Shown piece after piece: positions 1-12,753 of a stretch of 64,000 nucleotides of DNA. Both the position numbers and the translations under genes were made by a program. The first letter of the stretch is position 1, and every line of letters starts with the position of its first letter. The notes beneath the pieces are model-generated. The model was not told where the DNA came from. It saw only the letters and a list, made by a program, of their open reading frames with translations, and searched no databases. Source of the DNA: Macrostomum hystrix (taxonomy: Eukaryota > Animalia > Platyhelminthes); assembly GCA_950097015.1 (NCBI GenBank), contig CATNEN010000024.1, positions 3,100,001 through 3,164,000 of the forward strand, read 5' to 3'.

Positions 1-12
1 GTATCACGCATA

Positions 13-380
13 ATATTAATGATACTAATTGCAGGAGGGCTGCGGGCAATGGCACATCGTTTGGTGACAATAGACCCCCAGCCAGCGAGGAGGCAATTCT
101 GCCCATTGCGCTGACTCCTATGCACACACGCACACAGATACTGTACGCAGGCACACACTCACTCAGGTGTGTAGATGTGCCCTGACTTTCTCATCGTCAG
201 GCAGAGTACACTCTCACTGTGCCTTGGAGGTTGGCCCTCGAGGGGCATAAATTGAACGAAAATCTTTCAAGCTTACTCCGCGGCTGCGACCCAAATGAAT
301 GTGGCCTCGCCGCGGAATCGGGCTTAGGCAGTTTAGTGCGGAGTCAAAAGCGTTAGACCGCTCTGCCACTTGCCCCTCAA
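13..380 (-). mobile_element. tRNA-derived SINE, family 1, full-length copy with TSD
   Basis: Reverse complement matches the + copy at 18663-19033 (A-box TGGCAGAGCGG head, body, AT-rich tail). An 11-bp direct repeat TATCACGCATA lies at 2-12 and 381-391. Confidence 0.85.
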
Positions 381-956
381 TATCACGCATAGCCGCACCC
401 AAGGATACTGAGAAAGCCGTGCTCCCACCCCCTCCCATACGCAGATTGTGATAACAATTTTTCCTGTTTTTAACGTAGCGCTTGTAAAAAAGAAACTTTC
501 AGCCCAAGAAATCCAGGCCCCCAGGGTCAAAAGATTTGTTTCTACGATCGCCATCTTAACAATTTCAACCCAGTTTACACCACCGCTAGGCCTTCATATC
601 AATTGGATTGAGTGTATCCAAAAGAGACAAAATGTTGCCATACACAAGTCCTGTGACCATTCTGAAATTTAGTCCTTTCGTAGTATTTAATAAGATTTTG
701 CTAAATGTGATTCGTTTCTGTAAAGCGAACCCCTTCTCTAACATTTGGGCTGGCGAAGCTTTACACTATAAAAGACCGTGTAGAAATGTGTCATGCGGCA
801 GAACTGGCGTTATATTTTACTGGTCCTGTTCAAATAAGTTTCTCGAATAAGTTTAAGTGTTTAGCTGTTACCAAGTAAGTAGTTTTTTAATTACTTGTTG
901 CGGCACGATATTCAAATCAACACTATAACACAGCTAACTGAACTTTGTTCATCTAA

Positions 957-1289
957 GTGTCTGAACCGCCAGCTGATACTGCGGCAGCAGCTTCAGGTCT
1001 GCCCAGTGAGCTTAGCCAAGGCAACAATGAGGCGCATGCCGCTGCGGCCCTCACAAACTCTGCAGTGCAGCGAGTCCGGATACTCGTCACTAATTTCGAT
1101 GCAAGTCAGCAGAGCAATCAGCCGCTTCTGGTAGGCCAGGATAATTCTCCCATCGATTTGCAGCCATCACCGCCCTGGATGTCTCTGGGGAAATCGGTTC
1201 TGGATGTGAGCACTACTATCCTCAGTAGCGGTAGCAGCAGCCAAAGCAGCAGGGAAAACACCATCAATGGACTTTTATCAGATACGTGA
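957..1289 (+). CDS. Possible Ala/Ser-rich low-complexity exon, unassigned
   Basis: 110-codon GC-rich ORF in AT-rich flanks. No recognisable domain and no splice partner found. Confidence 0.2.
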   Translation: MSEPPADTAAAASGLPSELSQGNNEAHAAAALTNSAVQRVRILVTNFDASQQSNQPLLVGQDNSPIDLQPSPPWMSLGKSVLDVSTTILSSGSSSQSSRENTINGLLSDT

Positions 1290-2194
1290 TTTTCTGTGTA
1301 GTCACTTCACTACTGACTGCTCCAGTTGTAGTAGTAACGCGCATCAATCTAAGGTGCTCACAAAAATATGATAATGAGATATTCCGAATTTCGAGTGAAA
1401 TAAAAATTTTCTCCACTCGAAAATTGTGGTTTGAATTATATTTTGTTTTTTGGGCATATGAATATAAATTTCCAGTTAGGCCAAGGTGTACAGCCAGTGA
1501 AAGCCGCAGCCTCCAAAGACTGCGTACAGTTTGTTTAAGTCCTCGGACTCAAAAGGCTGCCACACCCATAGTCCGGTATAGAAGGCTTATGACCTCTCAG
1601 TCAGAAAATTCCGGAGCTCTAACCGCTGGGCTAAAATCATTTAAACATGTTCATTTCAAAAGCAAGAAAGAAAGATAAGTTAGGAAAATAATATATACTT
1701 TACGAACCGCCTGATTAAGTTTTAAAAGTGCACAAAAAATCAGCTGGTTTACAGTAAATTTCGTTACTTGTATGAAGCTCTTCTCTTCATTTCTGCTCAT
1801 ACGCCTCCTATGTACCCGCCTGAAGGGTGGGCGCTGGCAAAGTCCCGCAGCCATGGCTTCAAATTGGCTTAAACTTGAAGTTTTCTATAAAAAAAGTTTC
1901 CAAAGTAGAGTCGTTCACAACACGTCAAGCATGCAGGTATTATAGGCTATGTAGGCCTTTCTGCCATGCTTAAAACTGCTGCAGCTAAACGTGAAGCCTC
2001 TCAAAACCCACACTCTGCATGCAGAAACAATAGATAAACAAAGCTATACTGTACGCTTAAAATATACGCTGCCGTCCCATGTAAGGAATGTATCCCATTT
2101 TCAACTTATGGCTATGCATGTGCGTGTACCAATGCGCGCATTGTTAACTGTAGAAATTAAAGAGCACGCTATTTTGCACCTGGGGAAAGACTAT

Positions 2195-2850
2195 GGGGAT
2201 ATTTCAAATACCCGCTGCCTACTTCACGATAGCTCCCAAATTGAAAGACCGAACTTGACTTACTAGACTTATCTGCAGGGCGGTCCGATGGACACAGCGG
2301 GGAGGCGGGAGTCGCCCATTCCGCTAATCCCTGAAAGACCCGCAGTCGGCCGATGGCGCGGGGCCAGTCAGGGAGGTCCGTGTTCGGTCCTTCCTGCAGC
2401 TTGTTCCTCGCTGGGGAAGAAAGAGGCTCGTCTGGTAGCCCTTAGGAACCGGACGAGCCGCGGGATGTTCTCGGATCTGCAAACATCGTCCATGGATGGG
2501 TTTGGTCCGAGGTAATTAAGCCTCTCTCTGGTGAAGAAAGGGCAGTGACAGACGAAGTGCAGGGCATCCTCGTCCTCAAGGTTGCAGAACGGGCACAGCT
2601 CACTCCGGAGGTCTCCACGGAGGAAACAGTGTCTGGCGTAGCAGCCATGGCCCGTGAGGGTCATGGTGAGGGCCCGGATGTCCTTCCGGGTCTGGTTTAG
2701 AAGGACCTTCCGGAGAAAGTCCACCACATGGATCAGAAGTTTCCGGCTTTTACGATACAATAATTTTATAGCCGTTCGAGCCAGCACCGTCGAGATATTC
2801 AGCGATTCTTGTCGACGAAGACCCTCGTGACAAGGACAAGTAACATTGCT
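2195..2850 (-). repeat. Dispersed repeat family H, copy split by a LINE fragment
   Basis: 2195-2260 and 2758-2850 are reverse complements of the two ends of the copy at 18335-18580 (GGGAGCTATCGTGAAGT...TATTTGAAATA and GTCCTTGTC...AAGAATCGCTGAATATCTCGACG). Confidence 0.7.
2262..2757 (-). mobile_element. 5'-truncated non-LTR retrotransposon 3' end (I/R1/Loa-type C-terminal zinc finger plus 3' UTR)
   Basis: ORF 2368-2787 encodes LTGHG...CPFC...EDALHFVCHCP, the CCHC zinc-finger tail found downstream of RT/RNase H in these LINE clades. GC-rich island in AT-rich DNA. Confidence 0.8.
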
Positions 2851-3971
2851 CTGTTTAAACCTCTATATAGCAAATCCATATTAATTCGAAAAAATTGATA
2901 ATATAGTTAATTTGTGAGCAGTAAAATTATGCCTATTTGTGAGCTTTGCCACTAAATGCCCTGGCGTGAATAGTTGAACATCTCGATGTTGCTGATATTT
3001 GTTTTCAGTTTTCTATCTTGAAAGTTGTTTCATCGGATAGAGTGGACAATTTTAGTCCGTGTTCTGGATTTTCACTGTGATTGGTCGAATATTAATTTGG
3101 GAGATAGAGAGAAAAAGAAAAATGTGGGTGTTTGGAATGCCCGCGTGGTCCTTCTAATAGTCTCCCCTATTGATCAGCTGTATTGCTGAGAGCTTCTATA
3201 ACCGGCAGTGCTTCAAGGACAGCCTTTCTTGAGCACCTGCACGTGAGTCATCATCGACTCAGCTTGACTTCCAGGCTCTCAACTTACGCCATATTTTAGA
3301 TCCTATGCTCGTACTTTCTGTCAAAATATGGATTTTGCATCCTTTTCGATTCTAAACTAACTGTTAATTTTATCGTTAAAATATTTTCCCAGAAACATCG
3401 CGGAGTACATTTGGTGTTTGTGCACTTTTCCTTCACTCCCTCTCTCTCTGTCTCCCCATTCTAGAGGCCTCGTCGGTTGCCTTTGGGTCTAGTCTTCCTT
3501 TAAAAAAATTCAGCAACCAATTCCCTTCCGACAATGCTTCCTCTTCCCCCCTTTTTCCTTCTTCCTCCCAAACCCAAATTGTCCTCAAATGCACCACTCA
3601 AACCCTCGCGACCAATAATCGCGCGCCGTCTATCTCCACCCTGGCTACACAAGGCGCTTTGCACGCAAAAATCAACTTGCCTTCGCTTCGTGTCTTGCCC
3701 TACAGTGCTCAGAGTGCGTGTGAACGCTTGCCTGTGTATTCGCTTCCCACCCCCTAACCCAAAGCTGTCTCACCTGCAATCAACTAACTCTTCCTCCTTC
3801 GCCTTCTGATTGCATTTTTGGCGAGAGAAAAGCTCTGTAAAAATTCCTGACGGTATAAGCTGCAGCGAGATAACGAAACGGTGTACGTATTTTTCAGATT
3901 AGGCTCGCCACATTTTCTTGCGAACCAAATATCAGCGGTTCAATAATGGACTATTGTTAGTTTGCTAACAA

Positions 3972-4210
3972 TCATCTGTGAGAATCCAAGGCAAACAGTC
4001 TGGTGTCATCTGTGAGAATCCAAGGCAAACAGTCTGGTGTCATCTGTGAGAATCCAAGGCAAACTGTCTGGTGTCATTTCTGAGAATCCAAGGCAAACAA
4101 TATTGTGTCATCTGTGAGAATCCAAGGCAAACTGTCTGGTGTCATTTCTGAGAATCCAAGGCAAACAATATTGTGTCATCTGTGAGAATCCAAGGCAAAC
4201 TACTGGTGTC
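3972..4210. repeat. Minisatellite, ~34-bp unit (TCATCTGTGAGAATCCAAGGCAAACAGTCTGGTG), ~7 copies
   Basis: Direct tandem repeats visible. Confidence 0.9.
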
Positions 4211-4264
4211 ATATCGCACGATTCAGCTGTTTCCCTTTCCTAAAGGAGAACTTCGTTAGGCCCA

Positions 4265-6532
4265 ATGTCTCTGATCGCGACGGATCAATGCAGAGTTAAC
4301 GGTGATCATCACACTGTGGAGCCCGCCAGTCCGACGGCAACAGCGGTTGGCATTGAGCGGCTCCAGCAGGAGAATCGCCAACTCCGGGTTCAGATAGAAG
4401 AATTGGCTGACGCCTGGGACAGCGTCCGCTTCGACGTCGGCGAAGAATGCGCGGTCAGGGAGCGGCTCCAAGCGAGCCTGCAGGAGGCCCGGTATGAGGC
4501 CGAAGCTGAGCGCTCTGCCAGACAGGCGGCTGATCGGCGCGCCGAGGCGGCCGAAGCTGAGGCGGCGAAAAGCGCCTCGAGCATGGCGGCGCTGACTGAG
4601 CGTTGCGATCGAGCATTGCGCGAGAGGGCGGAGCTTCGGACGGGCACCGCGGAACTCAGAGCCAAGCTGGAGGCTGCTGTTAGGTTGGAATTCTGAAATG
4701 AGTAGGCTATATGATTAGGGCTGGAATTCTTTGAGGATACTGCTGTGGATATTATGAGCTGTATAAAAATTAAACATGACTAGGTCCATTGAGTACACTT
4801 TAGCCTTTGAGTACGGCTAGGCGAGTTGAGTATGTCTAGCTGAGTTGAGTACGGCTATGTGAGTTGAGTACGGCTAGGTGAGTTGAGTATGTCTAGTGAG
4901 TTTATTAGGGCTAGGCGAGTTAAGTAGTGCTAGATAAGTTTATTACGGCCAGATCTCCTGAGAACTGAGAACTTTCAGACAAGCTGAATCTCCTCAACAT
5001 CGCACTTTCAACCATCAATTCCACAGAGAGTTAGATAAATTTCGCGAAGAAAATGCCGAGCTAAAAGCGCAACTCCATGCAATGTCTGCGCTGCAAACGC
5101 CGCAGTCGACGCCGCAGTTGTCGCCGCAGCCGCTGAAGCTGTCCAACAACCAGCGTCAAGCAGACGGTTGTGACGTTGAAAGCATTCGACGGCTGAAGCA
5201 GGAAGTAGGTGCGATGCGAAGCTCTGCTTTGCCGGAGAGCAGCTCTGGAAAGTCGAAAGGACTGATTAGTAACAAGTGAGCACAGCTTCTCAAATGACGA
5301 ATGAAGAATGCAAAAGAAACGATGCAGACACTGAACCGATACGCTCTTTACTGATATGCATACCAAGTCCTCAAATGGCAACTTCATTTTTTGTTTCTCT
5401 TTCTCTCCAGCAATCCAAGCCGCTCCAGTGACGGACCATTCGAACCAGCCAATCACCGCCGCGCGAGCAGCCCCTCTGATCGGCGTCGAATCGCTGATCC
5501 GCGCGCCGTTCAGTCCTCCGGATCGAGACGATTCAGCGCCGCGGTCGACAAGGTGAACGACGATGCGATCGTTCTCGGCGGCAGCGCCATGCTAGTGCGA
5601 CTGCATCGGCTGGAGAGAGAGAATAAGGCACTGAGGCGTCGGCTGGACATTCCCAAGGACTCCAGCCTGCCAGCCAGTGTCTTCTATGGTGAGAACCAAC
5701 GACTAGCCTGTCCTGAGCACTGCTTAATCCTAAGCTTTCTCATCGTTTCTGCAGCTCCCTGAAACACCCACCCCAACTCGATCGCATACATTTCTACAGC
5801 CACCTCACTCCCTGAAACACCCACCCCAACTCGATCGCATACATTTCTGCAGCCACCTCACTCCCTGTAACCCCCATCCCAACTCGATCGCATACAATAC
5901 TGCAGCCACCTCACTCCCTGTAACACCCACCCCAACTCGATCGCATACAATTCTGCTGCCACCTCACTCCCTGTGATTACACCCACCCCAACTCGATCGC
6001 ATACATTTCTACAGCCACCTCACTCCCTGTAACACCCACCCCAACTCGATCGCATACATTTCTACAGCCACCTCACTCCCTGAAACACCCACCCCAACTC
6101 GATCGCATACAATTCTGCTGCCACCTCACTCCCTGTAATTACACACACCCCAACTCGATCGCATACATTTCTGCAGCCACCTCACTCCCTGTAACCCCCA
6201 TCCCAACTCGATCGCATACAATACTGCAGCCACCTCACTCCCTGTAACACCCACCCCAACTCGATCGCATACAATTCTGCAGCCACCTCACTCCCTGAAA
6301 CACACGCTCCGAATTAACGAAAGTGCAAAGCCTATCCTAACCCTTGTTAGCGCCTGATCCATCCTGTCTTATTATTTTTTCATCAGCTGCCAGACGCGAT
6401 AGTTCTGGCCAGACCCAAGTGCCCGATGTCCGCATCGGTCATGTCGAAGCTCGTCGCCTGAATGTCGAGCGATGGACAGCGAGACACGCGCAGCTTAAGC
6501 AGCTGCTTGAAGATCGATTCGGCTGTTCCTAA
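4265..6532 (+). CDS. Four-exon coiled-coil protein of unknown function (~363 aa); exons 4265-4683, 5027-5275, 5411-5688, 6387-6532
   Basis: GT-AG introns with matching phases 2/2/1 join four ORF-track segments. Heptad-like E/R/A/L-rich content. Upstream exons are possible because an acceptor lies just before the ATG. Confidence 0.75.
5752..6300. repeat. Intronic minisatellite, ~53-bp unit, ~10 copies
   Basis: CTCCCTGAAACACCCACCCCAACTCGATCGCATACATTTCTACAGCCACCTCA repeated in intron 3. Confidence 0.9.
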
Positions 6533-7195
6533 GCCGCGTTCGATGTACGAATGAACTGTCTTGTTGCGTTCAACGAGCAAATTAGAAAAGGCTCTCGTAT
6601 TTTATACTCCAGATACGCTCGAATGTCTTATGTATTTACAATTGCACAAGCAGCTCAATGCACGGCAGAAGTTGGCGTTTTGCTGTACATTTTACTTAGA
6701 CATGTACGAGCACCTTTTTAATCTTTCAATCCTTATAGCAAAGTCAGTTTATTTTAATCCTGTAGTTACCCACTTAACAAAACCATGAAGCACCTGCAGG
6801 CAGGTGTGAAGCTACAAGTCCATTTCACTAAAGCTTTTATATAGTATGGCAAATAAAAGTACAAACGCTTAAAACAACTTTAATTTCTATGCATTAATAG
6901 AAATTTAATTATGTAAACATATATATTTTCAATTATGTTGCTACAATTCACACCTAAATGACTTTCTTTAGTAGGTATATATCATATCATACTCCTAAAA
7001 TGTTTTCTAAGACTCCTCGCATAAAATATTTAATACTTTTTAAACTGTGACCTGAGATGCATTAAAGTCTTAACAAATCAGATAAAAAAGAGTTATCAAA
7101 CTATAGAATAACATTAAAAAAATTATATAGACAGTGAATTAACATTCAATAATACTGATGTAAAAAGTTACTCCTTAACACGAAAAATCACCACA

Positions 7196-7290
7196 GGGGG
7201 GTATTTCAAATACGCGCTGCCTACTTCACGACAGCTCCCAAACCGAATGACCGATTTTCGTGAAATTCCACCACCTGAATCAAATAATCA
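7196..7290 (-). repeat. Dispersed repeat family H fragment
   Basis: Reverse complement AAAATCGGTCATTCGGTTTGGGAGCTGTCGTGAAGTAGGCAGCGCGTATTTGAAATA matches 18514-18570 and 2200-2255. Confidence 0.75.
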
Positions 7291-7355
7291 TGTGAAACTG
7301 CTAGTGTTCTTACTTAAAGCATTCAATATGACGTTGCAATAGGTAGCCAAATTAT

Positions 7356-8475
7356 TTAGCAATTTGATGAGTCACCGTTGAACGGCTTCCACTCGGGCAA
7401 AGTGTCACGGCGTGCACAGCGGCCGTTGCACTGGAGATTGAGGTAAATGGACACTGTATTGTTGTCACCGACAATGTTCAGTAGAGAGTCCGTCTGGTTG
7501 ACTGTCGTCGAATCACGTGTGCTGCAATGCCCGCTGTTGAATTGGGAATTTCCTGCGCTACTACGCTGCTGGTCCGTCCTGGACTCGCGGCTGTAGTGGC
7601 AGCTGCAGCGGCTTGACATGCCGCTGTCAGCGCTGCCAGCGCCAATCGACTGGTTCGGCAGTCCTCGTCGTCCACCTTCCCGCCGGAATGGCACTACCTC
7701 ACCAATATTGTTGCCGTCCAATCCTGAGTCTAACGCGCCTTCTCGCTGGTTCTCCATTTTTCGCAGCTGGAAAAGGAAAATATGGAAGGAATTGATCAAC
7801 CTTGATGGCTTTTTATTGTGCTCTTTTTCAAACGTTTATTCTGTCACTAGAATGAAAAGGTACCTTCTTACTTTAGCAATGAAATGCGGTACATTATTAC
7901 AAAGCGAGCAGGTGCAAAACGTGAGGCTGGTTGTCTTAGCGCAGGAGTGTGAAAGCTGCGTACAGTGCTGCGAAAAGTGCTTAAAAACTGTTCAAAAGAA
8001 ACAAAAAGCTATATTTTTATCGCTTTTGTAATTGTGGTTTCTTAGCTCTTAAATTAGAATTTTCGTCACCAAAGTGTATATATATTTGCTACGAAAACGC
8101 AGCTTTTTGTTCCTTATAAGCGATGCGTCCTGATGAAATAGCTAGTTTTGATTTATTCGTTCTGAAACAAGGCAATCTAAGTGCGCTATTTATACTTCAT
8201 TCGATTAAATTAATAAATTATGCTTTTACTGCATTAAAACTGCATTCCGCTCCATTTCATAAATAAATGTCTTTCCCATTTAATATCTTATTGTCTATGG
8301 CAATTTTGGAAGGGAAAAAGCGCAATGTATATATGCTGATGCTACCTGTTTGTACTTTAACAAGGTGATCTCATCTCTAGAATACCCATCGTTGGACAAC
8401 TGCCACACACCAATGGGTGATCGTAATTTCAGGAGGTGAAGCAGACTCGACCTGCACAGCTCGGTCGGCAATTAA
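7356..8475 (-). CDS. Putative terminal exons of an unidentified gene (7356-7766 and approximately 8346-8475)
   Basis: A strong acceptor TTTTCCAG opens a 137-codon exon ending in a stop. An upstream exon ending ...DEITLLKYKQ|GTAGCA is phase compatible. No family recognised. Confidence 0.4.
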
Positions 8476-9350
8476 GCTGCCGCTTGATGCCACTCTAAAG
8501 CCATCGCACGGGCTAATGATTCTTTAATAAAGTTCAGTGTTCTATGCAGTTTCTAAATTGACGCCGATTTTCAAAAATTTAAAGCTGATCAGCAAAAAAG
8601 AATTAACACCGGCTTTGATGCCCAAGATCAATGCTTAGCGAAAACAATGGTTATATAGGCACAGCATTCCATCGAAGCACAGGAGAAGTGCGATGTCATC
8701 ATGGTAAACGAGTGTGCGTAAGTAGCACAGCAGGATAAATACTTTTTCCAAGTTATGTGAAAGTGCACGTTGTTGTGCTGACTTAAAACTTTTAAAGCAT
8801 AACTTCATTAGTGTTCTCAGAATTGTATTTTTATCAGAATTGTATTGTACTCATTTTTATGACCCAAACAACAAGAAGTCATATCTCCATTTCTGGGAAG
8901 CAAGTGCTCTCGCCAAAATCACGACTTTTTATTTTAACGAGAAATCCTTTATCCTTCTCTCCGCGACAGCGGAATAAATCTCTTCGCGGAATCGAGGTCA
9001 GACTGTGGCCCTTTTGTAGTGAAAGCTATATAGTTGAATGATATGATATGTAAGCTTGTTCCACTAAAAAATGCGTTGAGATAGTTTAACAAAAATATCT
9101 CAAACGATGTCTCGTACAAACTTCAAATCTATATTAAAAATTTCCTTTGGATTTTAATAAAAACTTTTTTCTGTTAGTATATTATAGTTGTCCCAACGTA
9201 GAAGAAAACCGAGTGTGTACCGAATTTGACTTATGCATTTTGTAACTTTTTAGCCAGCCAATTTTTTAATCGACGTATATGAATTGACAGTTTTTTAAAG
9301 ATTTCATAGTTTTGTTTTTAAGTTCTTTTTCTGCTGGTGTGTCATTTAAC

Positions 9351-11633
9351 ATGAGTAAGAAGCTGTTAACAGAAAATGACACATTGCCTGATATATGTCT
9401 TCATTTGAATGGAGTTGCTCCAGCTCCACGAAAAGATTTTTTTGACTTAAAAGTTTCATTGAAGCAGAAAAAGGTACGTGCAATACTGACCACTATATGG
9501 TATCCTACTAAGAACTATTTATGTCATTAGCTTCTTAAGATACTTTAATTTTAAGCTAGTTGTATTTTGTATTCAATTGAAAAAACTTTTTTTCTTTAAT
9601 ATTTCTTAGCTTTGAATGTTCAAGATGCCAAATTTGTGTAATATTTTTGTAGGCACAAAAAGCCTAACATGTTGGGTTCTTCTTATATGTGCTTTTATGT
9701 TTCTCCATTTTAAACATTTTGGTACACTACACAAACCTCTGTTTTGTATAAACACATAAATAGAAGACTGACTGATTGAATGCATATTTTTTAGAATAAT
9801 GATTAGGACTACTTTTAATAAGAATCAATTCATTTCATAAGTAGGCATGTTATTATTGTATTATCTTCTTTTTGCATTAAAGTTCTTGTATCAGCAACAG
9901 CTACCAAATCCATTACATTACAGTCTCATTACTTTTTTATAACAATATTGTCCTTTACTGTTTCCTTCTGTCCTTCTACATCTATTCATTTTTTATCGAT
10001 TGACTGAATCATTTGGTTCTTACAAAATGATTTTAGTAATTTTTTAGATTTCTGTAAATCAATGTGCTATGATAGCACTCATTAACAATGGTTTATTTAC
10101 ATATGTTACAACTGTTCTGTTTTTTAATACCACCAGGTGAGTCTAGTAAAGTGGACCATCACTTCGCGGCAGGAGGAAGGGAAATTTCGTCCAACTGAGG
10201 TGACAGACAAATTCGAAGATTTTCCAAGTGAAATGATGAACCGTAAGTGATTTTTTTGTTATCAATATGATTAAGTTTTTGTTTCGGAAGTAAAACAATT
10301 TTTCTGTGTCCATTTATTTTTTTTCTTTTTGACAGAGAAAGTCAAAGTAAAATAAAATGACAATTCTTACCGCAGGTTACATTCCGTATGTGTTCGGCAA
10401 AGATATTGTGAGATACATTGAAGGCCTGATCGCTGGAAATTACGATTGGCTGGTCCGACTTCCAGACGATCTGCTAGTCTATCTGCTGACCTTTTTTAAC
10501 CTGGAGGATGTTGAACGAATGTCGCACGTTTGCACCAGACTCAAAACTGTGAGCAAGCGGTTATCGTACTTGCATTAATCCGTATTGATTTTTGTGATGT
10601 GGTAAACAATGTCATGTACAAATCTGTGATTTGCAGGTGTGCACTTCGGATCCACTGTGGAAGGAACTGTTCTATTTGCACATGCCGTCCCTAGTCAGCC
10701 CCGAGGTGGACTCGCTAGCCGCCGAAAATGGTTGGAAGACCGTTTTCTATTCTAGGATCTTTGAGCGCAAGGTCAGATAATAAAAAAATATGAATAATAA
10801 TTGCAGGAAGGCAATGGCACACGTTTTGGTGACAGTAGACCCGCAGCCAGCAAAGAGACAATTCTGCCCATTTCGCTGACTCCTGAGCACACACGCACAC
10901 AGATACTGTAAGCAGGCACACACTCACACAGCTGTGTACATCTGCCCTGACTTTCTCATCTTCAGGCAGATGTACACTCTCACAGTGGCTTTGGGTTGGA
11001 CCTCAAGGGGTCCTTGGACCTTGGCGGCTGCACGCTAAATAAATTTGGCTTCGCCGCGGAATCGAGCTCAGTGACCTTGGTGCGAGAGGCAAGCGCATTG
11101 ACCGCTCTGCCACTTAACGCCTGCGCAATGTGAGAACTAAAGTAAACATCCTTTAGTTAACAAAATTTCCATTGGTGTAGAAATGGCCTCTCTCGACATA
11201 GTTAAAATTGTATCCGTTATTCCCTACACTTGAACACAATAGTAGTATTGTCTTGTCAAGGACACAGCAGATATGTTAGCCTAACCAGCTACAACCTGGC
11301 TTAACCAATGCTTAATCATGACAGCTCCGCGCCAAGCAGCTGTTGCATTCGCAGAGCAGCGAGGCCTCGACGCCCCGACTAACCTCGGCTTCGACTACTT
11401 CGCGCGACTCGCCAACACCGTCCAGGTCAGTCAGCGCAGTTGCCGCCGCGTCCCGGCGTCGACGTCGGGACGATGACGGCGATGAAAACGACTACGACGA
11501 TGATCTGCCTGAGAATGACGATGAATTCGAGGACGAGTCGCTAGTTTCCTGGCGGTTGACAAGGACGCCGGCGGAGGACGGCCAAGACAGTCGGCAGCAG
11601 GACAGGCTGGAGCTGGAGAGCGTTGTGGAATGA
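9351..11633 (+). CDS. FBXO36: F-box only protein 36-like; exons 9351-9473, 10137-10242, 10376-10548, 10637-10771, 11340-11633
   Basis: The spliced product has GxAPAPRKDFF, FGKDIVRYIEGLIAGNYDWLVRLPDDLLVYLLTFFNLEDVERMSHVC (F-box) and SDPLW...LAAENGWKTVFY, colinear with FBXO36 as I recall it. Intron phases 0/1/0/0 are consistent. Confidence 0.85.
10790..11115 (-). mobile_element. SINE family 1 copy in FBXO36 intron 4
   Basis: Homologous to 18663-19033 on the opposite strand. Confidence 0.85.
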
Positions 11634-11844
11634 GCTCTTCAGGTCGGAAATGTCTGTGGCTCAGTCCTGAAACGCGACTAGGCTGTGCTGATTTGCAACA
11701 TTCACTGTTAGACGCAACACTTTTGCGCTAAAAACTGATTTTGTACAGATTATGTTCTATATTTTGATTACGTTCTAATTTTCTTCGAATACAATTTAAT
11801 TTTTTGCCGTTATCCTTGTTTGCATTATAAATAGTTTAAAATGA

Positions 11845-12080
11845 TTTGCAGGGCAGCTGTGGGCCTGACCCCTGAGCACAAAAACTCACAAAGGTGTGTA
11901 CATCTACCCTGACCCTCTCATCATGCCTTGTCACTGTGCATTGGAGGTTGGCTCTCATAGGCGCAAATTGCATGACAAGCCCCGAAGCATTCTCTCCGCG
12001 GATGCATCCCAAAATGAATGCGGATTCGAGATCAGTGACCTTGTTGCGAGAGACCAATGCGTTTCGCCGCTCCGGCTCTG
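11845..12080 (-). mobile_element. SINE family 1, diverged and internally deleted copy
   Basis: Shares the GGTGTGTACATCT.CCCTGAC, GGAGGTTGGCTCT and GACAAGCCCC blocks with the other copies. Confidence 0.75.
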
Positions 12081-12753
12081 ATCACGTGTCCTATGCAGCT
12101 CACTGCAATCCATTTTAAACTTTTAACTCTGAAATGTAATGCACAAATGAAGTGGTTTTGCTGATTGAGATTAGAAATTAAGAGAAAAGTGTTTTCATTA
12201 GGCTAGATTTTGTAATATATTTATTTCTGAAGCAAACGAAGACAAATGAGTGGATAATAAAGATTTCTGTCTAGGTGCTTCTGCTTCTACAGCCTTAGTC
12301 ACCAGTGCGCTAAAACTCCACGTATTTACGTAAGTTTCTTGCTCCGTCCATTAAATAATTATCTTTCTAGAACAAGAACTATATTTATTTTAGAATTTTA
12401 AACTTAAAGTCTTAAACTTAAAGAAACCATTTTTTCTACAATGCCTTTTCTTTGTTTTAATTATTCGTTAAATCAATAGCGCTGCAATTGTTTCTGTTCG
12501 CTTGGTCTCGAATTAAATTGACGTGCGAAAATCTACATTTTTATCTTCAATTTGTAAAATCTTGTTTGTCTTTATTTTTGTCAGAAAAAGGGACAATATA
12601 ACGAAAAATGAACACCCATTTGTTCTCGTCCAATTATCGAGCTCCGAGTATTATAAATCCTGAAGATGAGCTCATTCCTGCAGATAAACTAGTGCTAATT
12701 AGTTGCTTAATAAAGCGCAGATAATACCAACAAATCCTTGCCACCTTTTGCAG

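Noticed and set aside
480-1860. Minus-strand gene pieces near 450-850 and 1480-1860
   Set aside because: All frames hit stops and the splice phases could not be reconciled.
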